Positions 48,514 to 64,000 of a stretch of 64,000 bases of DNA are shown one piece after another. The notes beneath the pieces were generated by a model. The model saw only the letters and a program-made list of their open reading frames with translations, searched no databases and was not told the DNA's origin. Every line of letters begins with the position of its first letter. The first letter of the stretch is position 1. The position numbers were made by a program, and so were the translations under genes. The DNA is taken from NCBI RefSeq assembly GCF_009914755.1, contig NC_060940.1; one strand, written 5' to 3'. Source of the DNA: the human T2T-CHM13v2.0 reference genome, Homo sapiens.

Positions 48514-49691
48514 ACTGTAAATAATTTCACATTATTACTAATAATAAATTATTTGTATTACACTATTACATAATGTAAAGGCTATTAAGACATGTTTGTC
48601 TTCAAAGAATGGCCTTGGTTTCTGTGGGCAGTGCCTCCTCATGGAAGGGTAATGCATTCCTGCTAAATCATGGACAAAACGGGCTTCCAGGAGCTACAGG
48701 CTGCAGCAGCAGCTCCTCCTCTAAGTCCTTCACTGCCTCAAACTCTTGTTGACTTTGTAAGCTTCTTTCAGTCTAGTTTTTTCAACAGAGCTAGTATTTC
48801 ATGAGGTTCTACTACATACCAGGTTCCAGAAATCTAAATGCCTTTTGTTTGTTATTTTTCACTAAATACAAATCACAACTCTCTCCTCATTACTCACACA
48901 ACAAAATTTAGCTGAGGGAGATTGAGTGACTTTCCTAGGGTCACATAGCTACTAAGAGCAGAGCCGTGTTTAGATTCATGTGGGAATATTGAACACAGAA
49001 ATGAACCAGTGGAAACATCCTGTGTTCCAAAAGCCTACTCAAGCCATTTGTTCTTATTTTAAGGAAAATCTTTATGCTAATTTTAAACTCCAAATACTTA
49101 TGAATGGCAGAGATCTACAGATTTGATTCTGATGTAAGAAATGATGGTCACCAGCCGGTTACTGCTACCACCCCACAACCCCGAGCATACTGGACGAATG
49201 TCTAAGCCTTGTGGTTAGTGGGGACAATGCTGGTGGAGTCTGAAGTTGTCATGCAGTGACTCATGCAAGCTTAGGCAGATTTGGTGATATATGACACAGA
49301 GATGCAAAGAAATGTTGTAGCTGACACACACAGGCTGGCTCTGGGAGATGCAGAAGGAGCACGTCACCCAAAATAGAGCCAGACAGACATCCTTAAGGAA
49401 GGAGCAAAGGGGCTGCATCTTAAAGAATGTAGAAAGGATTTGTCATGAGAGATGGGGCAGGAAGTTCTTCAGAGGCAGAGGGAGAGCATGAGAATGTTGG
49501 GAAGGGAGGAGAGATTCTTGCACATCTGGGAAGCTGACAATCCATCAGCATGGCCAGAAGGAAAATAAGGAGGAGGAGCAGAAATAGATGAGGCTGGATA
49601 TAGAAGCAGGGCTGAAGCTGTGTCGATTGTGGTAAAGAGTTGTGATTCTATCCAGAACGCAATAGGTAGCATTCTAAACAGAGATCTTTTA

Positions 49692-49915
49692 AAACAAGAG
49701 TCAGCAAGTATTTTCTGCAGGGGGCTAAATGTTAAATATTTTAAGTTTTCCAAGCCATATGGTCTCTCTCTCAATGACTCAGCTCTTCCATTATACCATG
49801 AAAGTAGCCAGAGACATTATGTAACACATGTATTGGCTGTGTCCCATTACAACTTTACTTACAAATGCAGACTGTGTCAGACATGGTCCATGCATGGTAG
49901 TTTGCCACACCCTGT
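49692..49915. mobile_element. MER58-type hAT DNA transposon remnant
   Basis: caagagtcagcaagtattttctg ... gccatatggtctct ... tagtttgccacaccctg. Confidence 0.7.
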
Positions 49916-52362
49916 TTTAGAAAGCTCAGGTTTATGATGTGATGGAGAATGCCTACAAGAGCTCTTGTTTTAAATGGTAGAGTGAACATACACTGGAATT
50001 CTATCCTGCTTGACCCAAGCTCTTGATAGCGAAAGGTAGAAAAGATAGATGGTAAATAGATAGATAGATGATAGATAAAGAAAATACATAGCTGTTCCAG
50101 AAAACAGAAATGGATAACTTCATGAACCAAAAGCAGAGTAATATGCTTTAGAAAGGAAGCAGGCCGGAAAACCCACAGTTGCAAAACAAATAGAATTTCC
50201 AACTGCCTCTTGTAGCCCCTTCCTGGAAGTAGTCACAGCCCAGGGTGTTCGACTACTTCCTCTGTTTTTTGTTTGTTTGTTGTTTGCTTTTCTGTGGGGT
50301 TTCTGTTGTTGTTGTTTGCTTTTAAAAAAAAATTCCCTTTCCCTGCTTTTTTGTCACAGCAGCCTTTGTCACTTCAAACACCGCAAGTGTTCTTTAAAAA
50401 AAATTATATCAACCTTTCAATTAAAATGCAACATGTCTGAAAGTTGGTATCTGGAGAGGTGAGTTGGACAAAGGAGCCCTTGTTACTGCACGTTTTCATT
50501 CTTCAAATTTCACCTTGCACGCAGTAACAGACAGTGCACAAAGCCACTTCCTTATGGACGGAAATTCTGAAATCCTTTTATGCCTGGCCTTTCCATCCTT
50601 CAACTTCCCCTCTCCCACGCTGTGAATGATTGTATTGGACATTTTTGTTTTAATGTCAGTGACAGGGGAACACAGGTAGCTCTAATATAGCTGTGACCCA
50701 GATGCTTCTGTTTCTAGCATGTATTTATTTTGTAGCAAACATTTACATCCATGATGTTTCACTGTCTTTTGAAAATAATTAGGCAATATCTCATCTGAGG
50801 TAGGATGTTTCTAGGGGTTGTGTTCTGAGGGAGGAAAACTAATCTGTTCTCTTTCCACTGCATTCTAGGAACAGTAAGAGGACCTTGTGCATGAATAATT
50901 TGTTTCCACACTACAGAGTGGGTAATAAGCAGACTAGTAAAAACAATTCTGCTTCACTTCAATAACAGCCTCCTCCAACTCATTTTTTCTCAACAAACTT
51001 ATTTTTCCAGCAGAAGAATCCCAGACTTCTTAGAGAACCCAGTGACTTTTTGCACCTTAAATCTGTGAAATCCTCATGTTTTCTTCTGCCGTATCCATAG
51101 TTCAAACAAAGATGAGGCAAAGCTAGACGCATTCCTGAAGGAACCCAAGAAATTCCTCTCTTTCTTTCTCTGGAATGAAATGAATTCTCTAGACCACCAG
51201 TTCTAACCTTCAAAAACCAAACCTGTTTGTGAGATCTTCAAATACTACTGTAGACCCCAGTGTTTATTCATTAAATTTTTTAAATATTTGTTTTATTTGG
51301 AATCAAAGTATTTGTAATTTTAGTGTTTGTATTAATATCAGGGAGAAATGTTTAAATCTGTCTTATGCCATATGTGCCTCTGGCTTATTGCCCAATTAAT
51401 TGTAGTCTCAGGCTAAACTTTGGTTTCTGTCTTTAATTTTTGTCAGAAGAAATATAACTGATCTCAAAACATCTGCTTTTATTGTAGGGGCTCGTGCTGC
51501 CGTCTCCATTCTTCTCTCTTTTCTTGCAATCTGGGTGGAAGTTCTTTAATATGAACATTTCAACCACCTTCATTCTACCATGTCCACTATCAGCACATTC
51601 AAACTGATCCAGCCAAGGCTGTCATCTTAGGCCAGGGATTTTTTAGGAATCTATTTTGCTGTGATGCGGCTGGCACCCCTTTGACTCACTGTATCACCCC
51701 AGGGTTCTTTTCATTTCAGAAGCCCAAGAGGGCAGAAAAAGAAGTAGGTGAGCAATTAAACACTCTGAGTCAGGAGCGTCTCCCCTTGCGTTAAGCAATG
51801 TTGTAGAACATCGATGTTCTACATCGATGTTGGTGACCTTGGTACCATTTTGTCCACTTGATTGGAAAAGCCAGTCAATAATTTCAGGTCACTGTTGGCC
51901 TTAGAAGAAGAGCCCAAAGGCAACAAGCAAAGGCGCTGGTGTCCAGTCGCCTTCTAGAAGCATTTTCACTTTCCCTTAAGGTTTCCCTTGATGAACATAG
52001 AAGTACTGTATGTAGAATTGACCCAGTGCTGCCCTGGCAACTTTGTATATTAGGCCAAATTTACATTTCTTACCTTTATGAGAGGCACCCTGGTAGGCTA
52101 GTGGAGTTACACACAAAGTCTGATCTCAGCTGCACTGTCCAGAAATGCAACACGGTCCAATCAAATAACATTCTCTGAGCCTGTTTCTTTAGCTGTGAAA
52201 GAAGAATAACATACCCATCTAAAAAGGCAGCTTATTGTATTTGATTGGTCTTTTATTTTCTATGAAACTGTGTTTAACACAGTAATTATTTTCATTTGTG
52301 TACTACATTTGTGTTGTGTTTTTGGTTTTAGTTTTGTTTTTGAAATGGAGTCTTTTTTTTAG

Positions 52363-54210
<1,848 letters not shown>

Positions 54211-54750
54211 CTATTTCTTTAAGCCTACATGTTTTGCACTTGTTAAAAGTATTTGAACATACAATTACTCAGCTTCCCTTGTTTACGCGTGAATTTTGTA
54301 GAATCTTAAATATTTTTTCCAATCTAAGCTTTATTTTATCCCGTTTCTTCTATATTTGTATAACTTTAGGCGGCTATCTTCATTGAAAGTTTTTTCTCAA
54401 AAGCCTTAAGATAGAACGTAGTTCTTGGCAGCAATTTGAAAGTTATTTGAGGAGAAGGGGAGACTTACAATGATGATTCAAATGAAGGAAACTAAAAAGT
54501 AATGAAGCAAGGCAGAGGAAAAAGCAGTACTCACTTGAGCACATCCCAAAAGAATAACATTTCAAATGTAACTAGAAAAAAGTATGCTGAAGTTCGCAAT
54601 ACAGAAATAATTATTAATAAGATAGCTTTAAAGCCCTGCTCAGCTTTTGAATGTTGGGAATTGACCCAGAGGTGGCTGTAACCTAAGATGGTTCCTTCAG
54701 TAATGACCATTTTTTCTTTTTCAAGATGATGATTATTCCCCACCTTCTAA

Positions 54751-54966
<216 letters not shown>

Positions 54967-55443
54967 TAAAGCCAGGAGCATTTTACAAGTCACGTTACAG
55001 ACATTGTTTAAACATAGTCTGTATTTACCAAAGTATAGGACATTGTATCATCTCATATTAATTAGTTAGTTGGCTCAAAATTAGTGCTAATGACTTAGTA
55101 ATTCAGTGATTTCTGTTAGCTTTAAAACCTTTATTTCAGAACTATTTCACCTCTTGGTTTTCATTTTTGCGGTGTGTCACTGCCTGCTGGCTGCTAATTT
55201 ATTAACTCCCAGTGAATCATGTCCTGTGAAGGGACTGAATATTAGTGGCAATGTATGTTGATGATTTGTATTTTGAATAAATAGTTTGAATACATAGAAC
55301 ATTAAGCTTGTATACATTTTGAAAATAGTATTTTAATATTCTACTGTGTCATAGTTACAATGATTGGATATATATTGAATTTATATGTACTTTAAGTTGT
55401 TATATGTTTATGGTCTTTAGCATTCTAACGTGCAATTGTATAT

Positions 55444-60117
<4,674 letters not shown>

Positions 60118-60789
60118 ATTTCACACAGCTGAGACATGTTTTAGGAAGTTTGCTAAAAGACCCCTGGAGACCGCCTCATTGTGACCTCCCTGTTATTGTG
60201 TTTAATTTGATTGAACTTTTCTGCCCTCCTGCTTTTCAGCTTCTCTAATAGTCTCCCATTAAACCAATTCTAAGAACCACCAAGAAGGGGAAATTTTTTC
60301 TTGAAAGCAGTAAAATGATATGGACTGTTAGAATGTAAAATATATGAAATCAGTCATTATATGTTAGTGCTGCTCTGACATAGGGACGTGTTATTGAGAA
60401 GCAACTTTTGCTTGGTTTTCAGAGAAATGGAATCATCGTATCGCTGATCTACGTAAACAAACTGAAGAATTGTCTGAAAGAAAATATGGTATGTCTAAAC
60501 TGGAAAAGTCTTGTAATCTTAGGTTCATGGGCGTTTACACAGTGGAGTTACTGTTCATCATGGGGGTACCGTGGACAATCCCAGGGCTGCCGGCGAGTCA
60601 TGCCATCCTTATATGTTTCTCCTTGTAAGGTGCTTTGTAGTGTCTACACACTTTGTTTCTAGATTGCTGCAAAGCTGAGGAAAAGTTGTATTTCTTTAGT
60701 TATTAGTTAGCATTTCTTTTAAACTTTCAGTATGGAGATTGGAAATTTATTTACATATTTATTGCAAAGCCCTGGATCTTAGGAATTTC

Positions 60790-61452
60790 ATTGAATTATT
60801 TATTTATTTTTTTTGAGACGGAGCCTCACTCTGTCGCCCAGGCTGGAGTGCAGTGGCACGATCTCGGCTCACTGCAACCTCCGCCTCCCGGGTTCAAGCA
60901 GTTCTCTGCCTCAGCCTCCCGAGCAGCTAGGATTACAGGCACCAGCCACCACGCCTGGCTGATTTTTGTATTTTTAGTAGAGACGGGGTTTCATGATCTT
61001 GGCTAGGCTGGTCTTGAACTGCTGACCTCCTGATCCACTCACCTCAGCCTCCCAAAGTGCTGGGATTATAGGTGTGAGCCACCATGCCTGGCCAAATATT
61101 ATTTTTTTAAATGAATTGTTTCTCTTAGTCTGCTTTGTTAAATTTGGAATTCATCTGGGCGTGGTGGCTCACACCTGTAATCCCAGCACTTTGGGAGGCC
61201 AAGGCAGGCAGATATCTAGGTCGGGAGTTCGAGACCAGCCTGACCAACATGGAGAAACCCCGTCTCTACTAAAAATACAAAATTAGACGGGTGTGGTGGC
61301 GCATGTCTGTAATCCCAGCTATTCGGGAGGCCAAGGCAGGAGAATCGCTTGAACCCAGGAGGCAGAGGTTGCAGTGAGGCGAGGTTGGCACCATTGCACT
61401 GTAGCCTGGGCAAAAAGAGCAAAACTCCATCTCAAAATAAATAAATAAATAA
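60790..61452. mobile_element. Two Alus, ~60790-61092 (-) and ~61155-61452 (+)
   Basis: Full Alu bodies with tails. Confidence 0.88.
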
Positions 61453-62234
61453 AATGTTCAGTACTCACCAAGGTGCCCCTGTTGTCTCTACTTTTATCTT
61501 GATGCATCACTGAATTGATGTTAGATTTCAAATTCATCATTACACTGATACTATTCTATCCTGAAGCCACCTTTATATAGTGATGAAAGAAATTAGCGAT
61601 TTGTTATTATCCTCTCTCTGTTGGTATATATCAAATACTCACCTAAAAAAGAGCAACAACCAGTGGAAAACATGATGTTTTTATTTGGGTGACTATTTAC
61701 TTGTAACCTACTAGCAAACTATAAAATTGTATGATATGCAGAATTTTAACTGAATTGCTTTAAGTGAACATTTAAACATGATAAACAATATTGATGGTAT
61801 TTATGTTAATATACTTAAAATGAACATTTTTCTTCATCATGAGTAATATAACCTACTCCTCAATGAAAACCTAGCACTAAATTTGCTAATGTATTCAATA
61901 ACATTTCCATAATATTTTTAGTTACATGCTTAAGGTTCTCTTAGTGTTTCTCCCACTTTTTAATAGCTTATGCCTTTTTCACCTTTGGTTTTTTTTTGGT
62001 TCATTTTAAAGCAAAAATCTCACAACATGTGATATCTGGAAACACTGTAACCTAGTGGTAAGACCATAGGCCCTGGGGACACAGGCTGGCCACGTCTCTT
62101 CTCCTGTCTGAGCTTTAGTATCCTCTTTTGTGGTCATGAGAACTGAAGATCTGTCCCGAAGATTTGATAAGATAGTAAAGTGCTTCACATAATACCAGAC
62201 ATATAAATACACAGTAAATGCTTCCTTCTTATAT

Positions 62235-64000
<1,766 letters not shown>

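Overview
Primate (almost certainly human) subtelomeric DNA. The gene content matches distal chr16q24.3; this is recognition from memory, not a database search. From left to right: the 5' end and CpG promoter of PRDM7 (minus strand); a repeat-dense stretch (Alu, L1, MaLR and a decayed ERV1 provirus); an intron-containing TUBB8-type beta-tubulin pseudogene (TUBB8P7) with one frameshift, tail-to-tail with remnants of FAM166A/CIMIP2A; a VBP1 processed pseudogene; the FAM157C-type exon chain with a CAG repeat; a ~3.6 kb 63-bp VNTR that is stop-free on both strands; a degenerate interstitial (TTAGGG)n array attached to a broken Alu; and a GTF2I-derived block. The most notable observations are a TSD-flanked, polyadenylated 4.65-kb retroinsertion that starts exactly at an Alu 5' end, three diverged copies of a CTCF-motif plus splice-donor cassette, scrambled GTF2I exon order, and a probable healed relic telomere. 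I see no convincing new protein-coding system. Repeat subfamily names and repeat boundaries were assigned by eye and are approximate.
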